Assembly: GCA_008369845.1 (NCBI GenBank)
Contig: MRSU01011236.1
Span: 1-49,374 of the forward strand
DNA length: 49,374 bases
Direction of reading: 5' to 3'
DNA from: Trichomonas gallinae
Lineage: Eukaryota
The translations under genes and the position numbers were made by a program. This document shows, piece by piece, positions 1 to 11,200 of this stretch. A model generated the notes under the pieces. The model saw only the letters and a list, made by a program, of their open reading frames with translations. It ran no database searches and was not told where the DNA came from. Each line of letters starts with the position of its first letter. Position 1 is the stretch's first letter.

Positions 1-1772
1 AATCTTAAACTTCTCTGACTTGATGGTCTTGAGTTATGAAGCAACCTGTAACATAGTGCACAAAACGGTTACATCCCTTTTTTATTTTATGATAAGCTTT
101 ATTGGTTTTATTTAATTGCTTTTATAACAAGCAGATGAATATATCATCAGCAATATAGGCAAATAGCTCAAATTTATAAAAAAAAAAATTAGAATGATTG
201 AAGTTATATGTTTCAAATACAGCAAAAGATATCAAATGACGAAAGGGTACAGCAGCAAAAGAAAGGGTCATTGATCAAAAATGCGTATTTTTATTATTTA
301 TTGTTTTATTTTTGATGGCATAATGGCAAAAAATATTTTTTCAGATTCGAAATTGATGATGTTAAAAACTCACTTAATTTTTTGAAAGAACTAGTTTTTG
401 AGAGTGTTGGGCAATTACTGACATGTGGAAAAAAATAATTTGCCACATTATCATGTATTTGAAATAGAAGTATTGAATATATTATATCATTGAAGGAAGA
501 TCAATTAATTTTTTTCCCACATATTGGATAGAAATTGGGTCAAACTATGGCTAGCTGTGTATTCCATAATTGCATTCTTTTTGGCAAGTATTCCAGAGTT
601 TAAACAGCTAGCCTGCTGTTCACTTAAGAATTAAAATTTCAAATTTTCAAATACGCAAAAATACGATTGTTCTAATAATTAAAATCAAAGGAGAAGCTCT
701 CACCAGACATATACGATATTCATCGTTCTGATGATTTGATTCCAAAACTCGTATAATTACATCTTTTTGTGCACACACTTCAATGATATTATCACACACT
801 GATTAAATAAAAATAATTGCATTTTCACATATCATATGGAATGTAAATATCCACTATAACTCTTTTAATCAAACCTTGCGTATAGAAACATCGAAAAAAT
901 TGACCTTACCATTTGAAAAAGTGGAAATTTGAAATCATGATGTGTATCATCAATACCTAAAATACAAAGATTGCTAGCAGTTGAATAACTAAATATATAT
1001 AATTGTCCTTTATATTAATAAGTTTCAGATTGAACTATTTTTGTTTGAACTGCAGACTTTAGATTGAATTCAAAATGCAGACTTCATTAATGACCCTCGT
1101 AATATTTACGGTTCATTTCTGTTTAGGATCATTTCTTGGTTTATTTGGGTATTTTTTTCTGATCTATCTTTCTCAATCCAATTAACTAAGGCTATCCAAT
1201 GTTAATTTACGCTAGATATCAAGAATTAAGATTTTTGTTGGATATTTCCCCGTTTTCCATATTTTAGAAAATCCTGGAATAAAACTATGATCCAAAATTC
1301 ATTCTATAGATCTAAATTATCACAATTACAATAAAATACTATTTTATCTTATAAGCGCTGTTTATAATGACTATAAGTACATATGCACATGCAAATTTCC
1401 AAATAAAAGTTGATTTGAAGAATATATATATATGCAAAAATCGTTATATTATGCATGAAGTTTGTGATGATTTATTATAGAAATTTCCAAAACTTTATTT
1501 TCGTTATATCTTCCATGATTATATCTTTTTTATTGTCCAAACACTGTTTTATCTTTCAAAGTTACATCCCTAGTTATATACATTCTTATAATAAATTACC
1601 AAAATAATTCATCAAAAAATTTGACAAATGTCAAAATGTCAAAAATTCAGCCCCTCATTAATATTTTCATCCCCCTTTTAAATTATTTTTTATTTTTGGA
1701 ACAAAAAATCGGCCTTGTGAATCGAATGCATGTTAAAATCATGAGAAATTTCTGAAATTGACCAAAGTTTTT

Positions 1773-4700
1773 ATGAATGATTCATTTCAACAACTCTACA
1801 GCGAAATCAAGAAATACACATCTTTTCGTGAGCAGGAAGACGTAAAATCAGCTTGTAATGAATCGATTCAAGTTGTTAATCAAAAACAAGTCTCTTTTCC
1901 TATTTCAAATTCAAATTCTCCATTTGTTAAGGCTATATCGGCCATATTACGAAGCAAGAAATCATCAACAAGTCTTTATCCACTGATTCGTGCAATTTGC
2001 GATTGCATTTCGCAAGATATTTTTACTGATTCCGCTTTATCAAGCATAGTACGCGAATTTGATCATCTACATAACTATGATGATATAGAATTTTCGCTTA
2101 AAATCATACAGTTTATGTCCAGCACTCTTCCAAAACATTTATCACATTTAAATCTAATAAAATCATTATGTTCGATTGTTCTGAACTTCTTAACAGATTC
2201 TCACGCTATAGTAGTAAATGCTTCATACGCAGCAATACAACAAATGATATCAACAGAATTCAACTTTATTCAAAATTCTAAATTCGATGAGTTATCACCA
2301 GAAGATCGCAGCAAAATGAAAATAATCGTCAAAAATGGACTATCAGCTAAGTTTAATGATCCTTTGTGCGTTATTGCATTTTTAATTTTAAATGATCTGG
2401 CTTTTTTGCTTTCTGGCAAGAATTCTATGTGGCTTCACATCAATTCCATTCCATCTACCACATTAATGAAACTCTGGGAAGCAATTTTATTGACACAAAC
2501 TAATTTTTTGAAATCTTCACATCATTTCTTGAAAATTGTTGAAAATAGCGTGAATTCCCTTCAAATTAGCGAAGAAACAGTATCCTTGCATGCTTCTTTC
2601 TGCAAAATGTTTTACTTTGAACTTCCTGATTCATCAATTTCATTAATTTCACGCTTCTTATCTGATTTAACAAAAGAATCAGAAAATAACACATTATCTC
2701 TCATATTTTTCAAATCAATTTTACTCGCAGATTCAACATTTTTTGCAACTTTTTCAAATACCGAAATAGTTTCGCAATTATTTACAAATATTGATAAATA
2801 TATCGATCCAGATTCTTATAAAACAGCTGTTGATGTTTCGTTGACACAAATCGTTGATAATTCAAAAAATCCAAATTTTAATTTAATTATTCCTTGCGAA
2901 ATATCATTGTTGCTTATTAACCAAGTCATTCCAAATGCAAATCTAGATATTAATCAATATATGAACCATTTGATTTCAATTTTGATAAAATTAATCAGAA
3001 TTTGCGACAAAAACAGTTGTGAGATTGTTTTCCGTTCATATAACTTGTTAATTTTGAACATAAAACCGGCAAATGATGAATACAGGATAATGTTACTAAG
3101 AATTTTATGTTCATTAATTTCAAAACAGAGAATATTTAGGAATCCACTAGATCCACTTGAAGAGCAAGCGAACCAATTGTTGCATATCAACAAACAAGGC
3201 TTCTGGTTTAAAGGGAAAAGTGTCTTTTCATATCATTTAATATCAAAACTTCTTCAAACACATCCAGAGTTTTTCTTGAAGATTTTCAACCGATTGTTCG
3301 GCTGTCTTAGCTTTTATGAAGATGCAAACATTGACCCAGCATTCACAAAACAATTATCACAAGTCGAAATAATCAATCTATCCAAAATATTGGTGATTGG
3401 AAGTTCATTTTCGATTATTTTTCTCGCAAAAATGTTGCCACAAAATAGTTTTTGTTTCACGCAAATCTGGGAAACAATTTATTCATACATTCCTCCTTTA
3501 TTCGAGAAAGATGAGTTATGTGAAGCTGCAACTAATCTACTAGGTGTTGTTAGTTCAAAAATGGTGACAAAAGAAACAGAACAAGAAATTTTGCAATGTT
3601 ATTCTACTATTTTAAATATCGAAGGGAAACCATCTGTAGATACAAGATGCAAACTGTTTGAGCAAATCAATTTAATCATCAAACATTTTGGAACAATAAT
3701 CGACAATGGTTGGAAGCATATTATATCAGCCATAAAAATACAAAATTGTTCCCAAAACAAAGTTATAATAGGAATTGCTTTTCAAACATTAAACTCGATT
3801 TGCACTGATAACCTACAAAAATTATCAGATCCTTTGCTGTCTAATATAATCAATCTCATCATAGACTACACTTCAAAGAATCCTGATTTAAATATTGCTC
3901 TCACAGCAATTGGATTATTATGGAATGTTGCACCCCAAATCACAAAAAACGTTACATTATGGAAACAGGTATTATCTTTGATGCTGCCTTTATTCAATGA
4001 CCCTCGTGCTGACGTTTCATCTGGAGCTTTGTCTACGTTCTTCACACTATTGACATCGAACTCACAGCAGATGTCAGCTGAAATATTTCCGCATATATTG
4101 GATAATTGCTTAATCAAACTGTTGGAATCTTATGTAACTTTTTCGGTAGAAAAATATATAGTTTATCAACATGCTTTATGCGAGATTGGCCACTGCGTGT
4201 GCAGTTTTTGGGCCCAGCTTGACAGTTTATCGAGCTTCAGACAGAAATTCTGGCCTTTGTTAATCGAAAAAGTTTTAACATTTTTAACTGTATGCGAAGA
4301 TTCAGAAATTTGCTCGAATTGCTTAGCTTTCTATGAGGATGTCTTTCCATGTCTACTTATGTCAACTGATGTAAGAGAACTCCTTCTTGGTTCATTCGAG
4401 AAAATTGTTTATTTGTTCTTGGACAGAGACACAATGTCAAATTTCGTTATCAGCGAAATCGGAAAAGTTTCACAGAGAACATTACCGACACAGAAAAATG
4501 TTTTAAACGATACAATGCTTGATAAATGGCTGTCAATATTTGAGAGGCTGTCGTTGACACTATCAAGTGAGAAAATTGTTCATTCAGTTACACAGAAATG
4601 CATCTCAGCGAGTTTTGGTTTGCTGCCGATGGATGATGAATACATGATTAAAATCTGTCAATCAATGTCAAAAATTGCAGTCAAAAGTGGAAAAATGCAT

Positions 4701-5339
4701 GTTATAAACTGCATACTACAGAACACAATGTCTGCATTAGATTCATTAGCTCCCGAAAACTACAAAATATTTGTCATGTCGATGTCAGAGATTTTCACTT
4801 TGCCTAAATCAGTGAATTTCCTCAAAAAAGTTATTTCTCTCGCAGACAATTTCAACCAATCTGATATGTATAGGATTTTCAGTGAGATAGCAGACAAAAA
4901 TGCCGAAGTATCTCAACTGGCAATAACAGAGATGATTAAATCATTGTCAACTGCTGAAACAGAGGACAAAATGTTCTTCGTGCAGAAATATTCCAAGGAT
5001 TCTTCTGTTTTGATGGAAGTTCTCAAAAAATACTGCTTAGAGGATTCGCCAGAATTTTCACAGTCTGTTTTCGATTCATGCTTTGATCAAATTCTTTTAG
5101 GATTGAAGTTTGCAGTCGAAGAAGGAAATTTGGAAGTTATTGTTTTCCTGAGAGAGGCGAAAATTCCACCAAAAACATTTGGTTTCTTGAAAGACTGCAC
5201 AAGATGGCATTTACACTTCCTAGCATGCAACTTTTCAAGGCTTTTATCAGATTCAAGACAAGAAGTTTCACAGGCAGCATCTAAAGTCGTTACTGATATT
5301 GCTGAAGACTTCGTTGCAATGACAAAATCTATAGAGTAA
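1773..5339 (+). CDS. MON2: MON2-like (Arf-GEF-related, Sec7-less) HEAT/ARM trafficking scaffold
   Basis: First ATG of the TTG-opened ORF is at 1773. Motifs DNGWKHII, AFQTLNSICTD, DLNIALTAIGLLWNV and LFNDPRADVSSGALSTFFTLL match the MON2 HDS/C-terminal blocks. No Sec7 motif seen. Confidence 0.8.
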   Translation: MNDSFQQLYSEIKKYTSFREQEDVKSACNESIQVVNQKQVSFPISNSNSPFVKAISAILRSKKSSTSLYPLIRAICDCISQDIFTDSALSSIVREFDHLHNYDDIEFSLKIIQFMSSTLPKHLSHLNLIKSLCSIVLNFLTDSHAIVVNASYAAIQQMISTEFNFIQNSKFDELSPEDRSKMKIIVKNGLSAKFNDPLCVIAFLILNDLAFLLSGKNSMWLHINSIPSTTLMKLWEAILLTQTNFLKSSHHFLKIVENSVNSLQISEETVSLHASFCKMFYFELPDSSISLISRFLSDLTKESENNTLSLIFFKSILLADSTFFATFSNTEIVSQLFTNIDKYIDPDSYKTAVDVSLTQIVDNSKNPNFNLIIPCEISLLLINQVIPNANLDINQYMNHLISILIKLIRICDKNSCEIVFRSYNLLILNIKPANDEYRIMLLRILCSLISKQRIFRNPLDPLEEQANQLLHINKQGFWFKGKSVFSYHLISKLLQTHPEFFLKIFNRLFGCLSFYEDANIDPAFTKQLSQVEIINLSKILVIGSSFSIIFLAKMLPQNSFCFTQIWETIYSYIPPLFEKDELCEAATNLLGVVSSKMVTKETEQEILQCYSTILNIEGKPSVDTRCKLFEQINLIIKHFGTIIDNGWKHIISAIKIQNCSQNKVIIGIAFQTLNSICTDNLQKLSDPLLSNIINLIIDYTSKNPDLNIALTAIGLLWNVAPQITKNVTLWKQVLSLMLPLFNDPRADVSSGALSTFFTLLTSNSQQMSAEIFPHILDNCLIKLLESYVTFSVEKYIVYQHALCEIGHCVCSFWAQLDSLSSFRQKFWPLLIEKVLTFLTVCEDSEICSNCLAFYEDVFPCLLMSTDVRELLLGSFEKIVYLFLDRDTMSNFVISEIGKVSQRTLPTQKNVLNDTMLDKWLSIFERLSLTLSSEKIVHSVTQKCISASFGLLPMDDEYMIKICQSMSKIAVKSGKMHVINCILQNTMSALDSLAPENYKIFVMSMSEIFTLPKSVNFLKKVISLADNFNQSDMYRIFSEIADKNAEVSQLAITEMIKSLSTAETEDKMFFVQKYSKDSSVLMEVLKKYCLEDSPEFSQSVFDSCFDQILLGLKFAVEEGNLEVIVFLREAKIPPKTFGFLKDCTRWHLHFLACNFSRLLSDSRQEVSQAASKVVTDIAEDFVAMTKSIE

Positions 5340-5613
5340 TTTTATTTGTATATTATTGTTTTAATAAACTTGTATATTATGTATTAATCAAGATATTTTT
5401 ATTATATGCTCTTATGTCTTTTTGATTTTAAGTAGAAATGGAGATATAATTTTTTTCAAAAATTATTTGCTGAAATGTTTAATAATTTAAAAATAGATAC
5501 TAGTAGTGACTTTGAGAATATATTCAATATTTAAAGTTGATGAAATTGACCAGAAATCGAGAAAAATGAAGAAAAACAAATATTTGCTTTCTCAAAAAAG
5601 TGACTAACAAAAA

Positions 5614-6243
5614 ATGAGTGATAAATCTTTGATTCATGGACTACCTCAGCGTTTAGTCAATGGACGTGTTTTTGGCCGCAAAGACAAAGAGGATCCAGAC
5701 AATTCGAAGAAACTGATCGAAGGACCAGATTTCATCGATGACGATATCTTAATCAATGAAACACACATTCCAAAATCAAGTTTATATACGAACGAAGTTA
5801 TAGATAACTCTGCACTTCCACCTGCTTCGCCAAATGTGCTCACAATCATTGGTATTTTACCAAATCAACTCAAACAGATTCAAAAATTCTTCAAAAGCTT
5901 AGATGTTGCATGCTTATTCGATAGAGAAACAGTCGAAGGTGATCTTGGTAATTGGGTAGTTGTCACTTTAAACAAAAATGTCGAAGAAATTCCAGAACTT
6001 TCCGCACACACACAATTTGCGGACAATGTTTTTGGAGGATGTTATATAGGACGCTACCGTGAAGAATCTATATTCGCAATTCCAGCAGACGACGCAAATA
6101 AAAATCATAGAATTCCAATTTTCCGTCATCAAAAGCGTGCAGAAGATTTAACTACAGCTCCACTAGAGGATAAGTCTCTTTGGATAAAGATCAGAGAATT
6201 TGTCTTTGGTGAAAATGAAATTCGCGTCAAAGATACACAATGA
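5614..6243 (+). CDS. Putative Nup53/Nup35-like nucleoporin (divergent RRM plus C-terminal amphipathic helix)
   Basis: VLTIIGILP...GNWVVV...FADNVFGGC resembles the Nup35 RRM pattern (VTVFGFP...GNW...IFG). C-terminal SLWIKIREFVFG resembles the Nup53 terminal amphipathic helix. AAAAGTGAC lies just upstream. Confidence 0.55.
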   Translation: MSDKSLIHGLPQRLVNGRVFGRKDKEDPDNSKKLIEGPDFIDDDILINETHIPKSSLYTNEVIDNSALPPASPNVLTIIGILPNQLKQIQKFFKSLDVACLFDRETVEGDLGNWVVVTLNKNVEEIPELSAHTQFADNVFGGCYIGRYREESIFAIPADDANKNHRIPIFRHQKRAEDLTTAPLEDKSLWIKIREFVFGENEIRVKDTQ

Positions 6244-6751
6244 TTTATACTGTTGTCAAGCACATTATTAGATGCATATTACTTATATATTAATAAAATT
6301 TTTGTTATTTTGATCAAAATATATATCATTATTTTATTATTGCTACATGATCGCATCTATTTCTAGAATAGAAAATATATTGGATATATAACATCAAAAT
6401 CAGTCCTTTATTGATTCAATATATATAATTTGAATTTTGTTAATTTTTCTTCACGTAGAGTATCTGATAGAGAAATTCTAATGCAATTATTAAATAACTG
6501 AGATATTTATCTAATATATGAAATGAATATTATGCGCATTGAACAAAAAAATCAAAATATCCAATAATTGTATGAATATATCAAGAATTCATCTACAAAC
6601 TCTATGACTTGCATTATATAAGATGTATTCATGCAAATAATATATATTGATTGATAATAGAGAGAAATGGAAAGAAGAAATTGTCAAAAAATTCTAGATT
6701 TACATGACATATCTGTCATGTAAATAATGGTGTACGTTAATTATTTTTTTT

Positions 6752-7129
6752 ATGGAGCGAAGGGATGTAACAATTACTGCATCCGGAGGACAGCTCACAG
6801 ATGTTCGACTTAAGAGAAGAATCTACAATGCGAATGACGAATATCATGATGCAGAGGGTTATGTTTTAAAACTCGATTTCGAAGATACACAACCTGTTAA
6901 TATGATGTACCTTCCTGAGGCGGTAACTGGCCCTAGAATTGATCCAAATAGAGTTCCCCCGTGGTGCAGGAAAGAAAAAGCAAGAGATAAAAGAATGTGG
7001 AGACAACTTCACTACACAGTGAAGACTTCGAATGTGTATGGAGGCCCATTCTTCGAGAAAATACCAGAGGTTCAGGCATATGTGCCGAAATCTAAAAGAA
7101 ATGAAGAAAATTCTGTAGAACAAAAATAA
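6752..7129 (+). CDS. Hypothetical 125-aa protein
   Basis: Clean ATG-to-TAA ORF with coding-like composition between AT-rich spacers. No family recognised with confidence. Confidence 0.75.
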   Translation: MERRDVTITASGGQLTDVRLKRRIYNANDEYHDAEGYVLKLDFEDTQPVNMMYLPEAVTGPRIDPNRVPPWCRKEKARDKRMWRQLHYTVKTSNVYGGPFFEKIPEVQAYVPKSKRNEENSVEQK

Positions 7130-7269
7130 TCATGTATAAATTGTATGTTATATTTCCTATTATGTCCATTTACTTATTTTTATCTACCATATATGAAATA
7201 CCACAAAAAAATATTTTTACTAAATAACAAAACAAATAAATAACAATAAAAGTTATAAGCATAAAGGCC

Positions 7270-7950
7270 TTAATCTGAGCAAGCTTCACGCTGGCGCATT
7301 CTTTCATGCATTTCCATCCATGATCGATAAAATATCGAACAGTAATCGTAAATTGTAATAAATACAACTGCTATCAATGCATTATTGGGTTCGCTAATAT
7401 ATCCTAGCTTGTTCGAGACAAAGTAGACGACGCAACCTGATACACTTCTTAAAAACGCTCTTCTTCCGCAGTATTTGCTGAATGTATGGTGAATAAGCTT
7501 AAAAATTGCGAAGCAGAATATTGAATCGGATGAAGAGATGAATAATGTAGCTGGTAAGGAATATGCAATATGCATATCTCTGATTTTTGAGTGGCAGAAG
7601 ATAAATCTCCTAATAACGTTAACTGAATGCGCAAATATTAAATATGGCATGTTCAATGGCGTGATTATTTTCATAGGAAAACATTGCATAACCGCAAATA
7701 TTAAAATAAATAAGAGCAAGCTGTGATCATAGAGTTCAAATGCATTTGGATATCGAAGGACGAAGATATTTAGCCAATATGGTGGGACTGCAATTAAAAA
7801 TGTTTCCATAAATTTTATTGGCACCTCCAAAAACGACCTAGCATTGCCAATAAGGAGACAAGCCCACATATATTGGAATGCCTCCCAGTATGGCATCTGT
7901 GGAGTATTAAATAAAGTATGCTGTATCAATGGAAGCATGTTAAAAATCAT
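7270..7950 (-). CDS. Multi-pass membrane protein, weakly TRIC/TMEM38-like
   Basis: 226 aa with about 6-7 hydrophobic segments. The layout (MPYWEAFQY...; LLLFILIFAVMQCFP) loosely resembles TRIC channels; the family call is weak. Confidence 0.6.
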   Translation of the reverse strand: MIFNMLPLIQHTLFNTPQMPYWEAFQYMWACLLIGNARSFLEVPIKFMETFLIAVPPYWLNIFVLRYPNAFELYDHSLLLFILIFAVMQCFPMKIITPLNMPYLIFAHSVNVIRRFIFCHSKIRDMHIAYSLPATLFISSSDSIFCFAIFKLIHHTFSKYCGRRAFLRSVSGCVVYFVSNKLGYISEPNNALIAVVFITIYDYCSIFYRSWMEMHERMRQREACSD

Positions 7951-7955
7951 TTTTG

Positions 7956-8158
7956 AAAAGTGACAAATTATAAAAGTGACTCATATCAAAAGTGACAGAA
8001 TCTAAATAGTGGTAATAAATAAAAGTGACATCTAATTAAAAGTGACATTTTTCAGATTAATAAGGTTATAAAGGTGGCAATTAACAAAAGTGACAAAATT
8101 ATAAAAAGTGTCGTGTATTAATGATAAGGTTATAAAAGTGTTTAGAATTAAAAGTGAC
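7956..8158 (+). promoter_or_regulatory. Array of AAAAGTGAC (trichomonad M2-type) motifs in a divergent promoter
   Basis: Seven exact AAAAGTGAC copies, several variants (AAAAGTGTC, AAAAGTGTT, AAGGTGGC) and two TAAGGTTATA in about 200 bp between head-to-head genes. Confidence 0.8.
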
Positions 8159-8226
8159 AAAATTCAACAAAATTGACAAAAATTGCAAAATTGACTGAAT
8201 TACGATAATTGTAAAATCTTGCAAAA

Positions 8227-11200
8227 ATGTTTTTTGTTCGAGATTTCGCAAATCCTCTTTTAGAGGAGATGCTGCTCAAAATTAAGCAATCACCATTAGG
8301 ATTTTTACTAACACGCGAAAGTAATTCGCAGTTTATCTATATTATGAATAATTACCCGAAAATTTTCCAGCATCCAGTAACAATTGATGATATATACGAC
8401 AAGCTATACACTAGGAAATACCAAAACTACGAAGAATTTAGTAAAGAAATGAAAGAATTAAACCATAATCTAAACTTAATTTCTGATCAAGCACACGAAA
8501 TCGGAGATAGCAATATAGATCTACGAGAAACAAAGTATTACAACGCTATTTCATACTATATTGAAAAAATGTTGAAAAAATATGAATCGAAATTAACTTT
8601 AGATTATTGGGAATCGGAATTAGACAAATATATTGGCAAAATCAACAACATTTTCAACAATTTACCAAGTAATCTTCGAGCAAATTATGTCTTGGCTTGT
8701 TCATTAAGTAATGTTAAAGCAAACAAACAAATTGAAGCATTACGTCATCAAAAGCAGACAAATACAACACAATCACAGAATTCATATGTTTGCCCATATA
8801 TAACCGCGAATCCTTCAAATTACGTTCCAAGATATGTTAAAAAGTCTCCATCACCGCCTCCAGCACCAGTGCAAACATTTCAACCACCTGCACCAGTTCA
8901 AATGCCAGTAACACAGCCAAAACCTCAAGAAATTATACAAGAGACAAGACCGATTCCTCCTTCTCCAGTTAAAGTTTACCAAAGAACAGCATCAAAAGGA
9001 CTGCCTAGTAGACAAAATTCGATGGTAATTCAACATTCGGAAAATAAATCTTATTCAAATATACAGCAATATATGCAAAATCAAACTCCATCTTATGACC
9101 AACAAAGTAGGCAGTCAAATCAAACCATTTCGAATCCACCACAAACACAAACTGATTATTCGCAAAAACAATACTATGCAAATGATACTTATAGAAACAT
9201 TACAACTTCTCCTAACAATATGTATAATGATAATTCATCATTAATGAATCAAATGCAACAACAGCAAAATAAATTAATACAAAATTCAGAAAAACCAATG
9301 CAGCAAAGTCCGCAAACACAATATGGATATAATCAATATACTCAACAGAAACTAACATTCAATCAAAATCCACAAAACTTTTCAAATTCAAGTATCCAAA
9401 ATCCGATCTCCGAGACGCATTCTTCGATGCGGCAATCGCCGATGCAAAACTCACCAGCATCTCAGCCAAAACCATCTATGAATCAAAACTATACAAATCC
9501 ATCGAACTTTAATCAGAATATTTGTCAAACGCCGAATAATCAGACAAATATGCAACAATATCAAAATACAGACGCATCACAGCCAAATTATAACTATTCT
9601 AGCATGCAACAACCATCACAGCAAAATATTTCAAATCCAAAATCATCTCAACAACAGTTTTCGAATTCTGGTATGGCTCAATCTCCATATCAAAATCAGT
9701 ATAATAGTGCAAGCATGCAAACAAGTCCCAATTTATCTCAATCTCCATATCAAAATCAATTTAACGGACAAAGTATGCAAACAAGCTCAACTATGGCTCA
9801 TTCTCCATACCAAAATCCCAATATGCCACATTCCCCTTATCAAAACTCCAATATGCAGCCATTTTCGAATTCAGCAAATATGATGTCTTCGCCACAATAC
9901 TCAAATATGCAGCAAACATCATATAATACTCAGAACTATATGGGTAATTCATCATATCAAGTTCCACCACAGCAACAACAATATCAGATTTTGCCAGCAC
10001 AAAGATATGTTGACCAAAGCAGTCCACAGCCAAATAGTTATGGAAACACAAACCAGTTTCAGTCTAATTCACCAAATTCTTCAACAATTCCAAATCAACA
10101 AAATTCGATTTCATTTTCGAACCAGCAAAATCTCCAAAACTCAATGCAAATGTCAATGACATCACCTCAAAATTCAATGCCAATGAAATCACAAAGTCCA
10201 ATGCCTATGAATTCTCAAGCTACAAATTCTTTCAACAATTTTCAAAATTCGATGCAAACGTCAATGAATGCATCACTCAATCAGCATAATACAATGACAT
10301 CACCGCAAAACTCGATGCAACAGAATGCAATGCCGATGAAATTACAGAGTCCAATGCCTATGAATTCCCAGAACACAAATATGTATAATAATCTACAAAA
10401 CTCTACGCAGATGTCAATGAATGCATCACTCAATCAACAAAATTCATTGCCAATGAAATCACAGAGTCCAATGCCTGTGAATACATCTCAGAATTCAAAT
10501 GCTATGGCTAATCTTCAAAATTCGATGCAGATGTCAATGAATGCATCTCTCAATCAGCAGAATGCGATGCAAATGATGAAGAGTCCAACGAATCAGCCAA
10601 TTAACTTAGGCCAACAGAATGCAATGCAAATGAACTCGCAGAATAACATGATGAAGAGTCCAATGAATCAATCAAATGGCATGAACCCACAGAATTCTAT
10701 GCAAATGAATTCATCTCAAAATCAACAAAATTCTATGAAAAGTCCAATAAACCAGTCAAATAACATGAACCAGCAGAATCCAATGCTAATGAATTCACAG
10801 ATTAATATTAAATCAATGAACCAACAAATGCCAAATCAATCTATCAACCAGTCCATTAACTTGAATTCATCACTTAATCAGCCAAGTTCTTTACAAATGA
10901 ATCTACAGAATAATATGATGAAGAATCAAATGAATCAACAAATCATGACCCCGGCAAATAGCATGAATCAACAGAGCCCCTTCCAAATGAATTCATCAAC
11001 TAATCTGTCATCAATGCAAAACTCAGTGCAGATGATTAAGAGTCCACCAAGCCAATTGAATCAGGCAAACAGTTTAAGTGCGATGCACATGAAGCCACAA
11101 ACTACGTCAATGGCAATGATGAGTCCTGCATCAAATTCAAATACGTCTTCCAACACTCCACAAAACAATATATCACCAATAAATGCTCAAAGCACATCAA

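Noticed and set aside
1..1700. Possible decayed gene (short coding-like runs such as EIDDVKNSLNFLKELVFESVGQLL near 349-440)
   Set aside because: Many stops and no recognisable family; cannot be supported without a translated search.
7956..8158. CRISPR-like repeat/spacer appearance of the AAAAGTGAC array
   Set aside because: The repeat is only 9 bp, spacing is irregular, the context is eukaryotic, and there are no cas genes.
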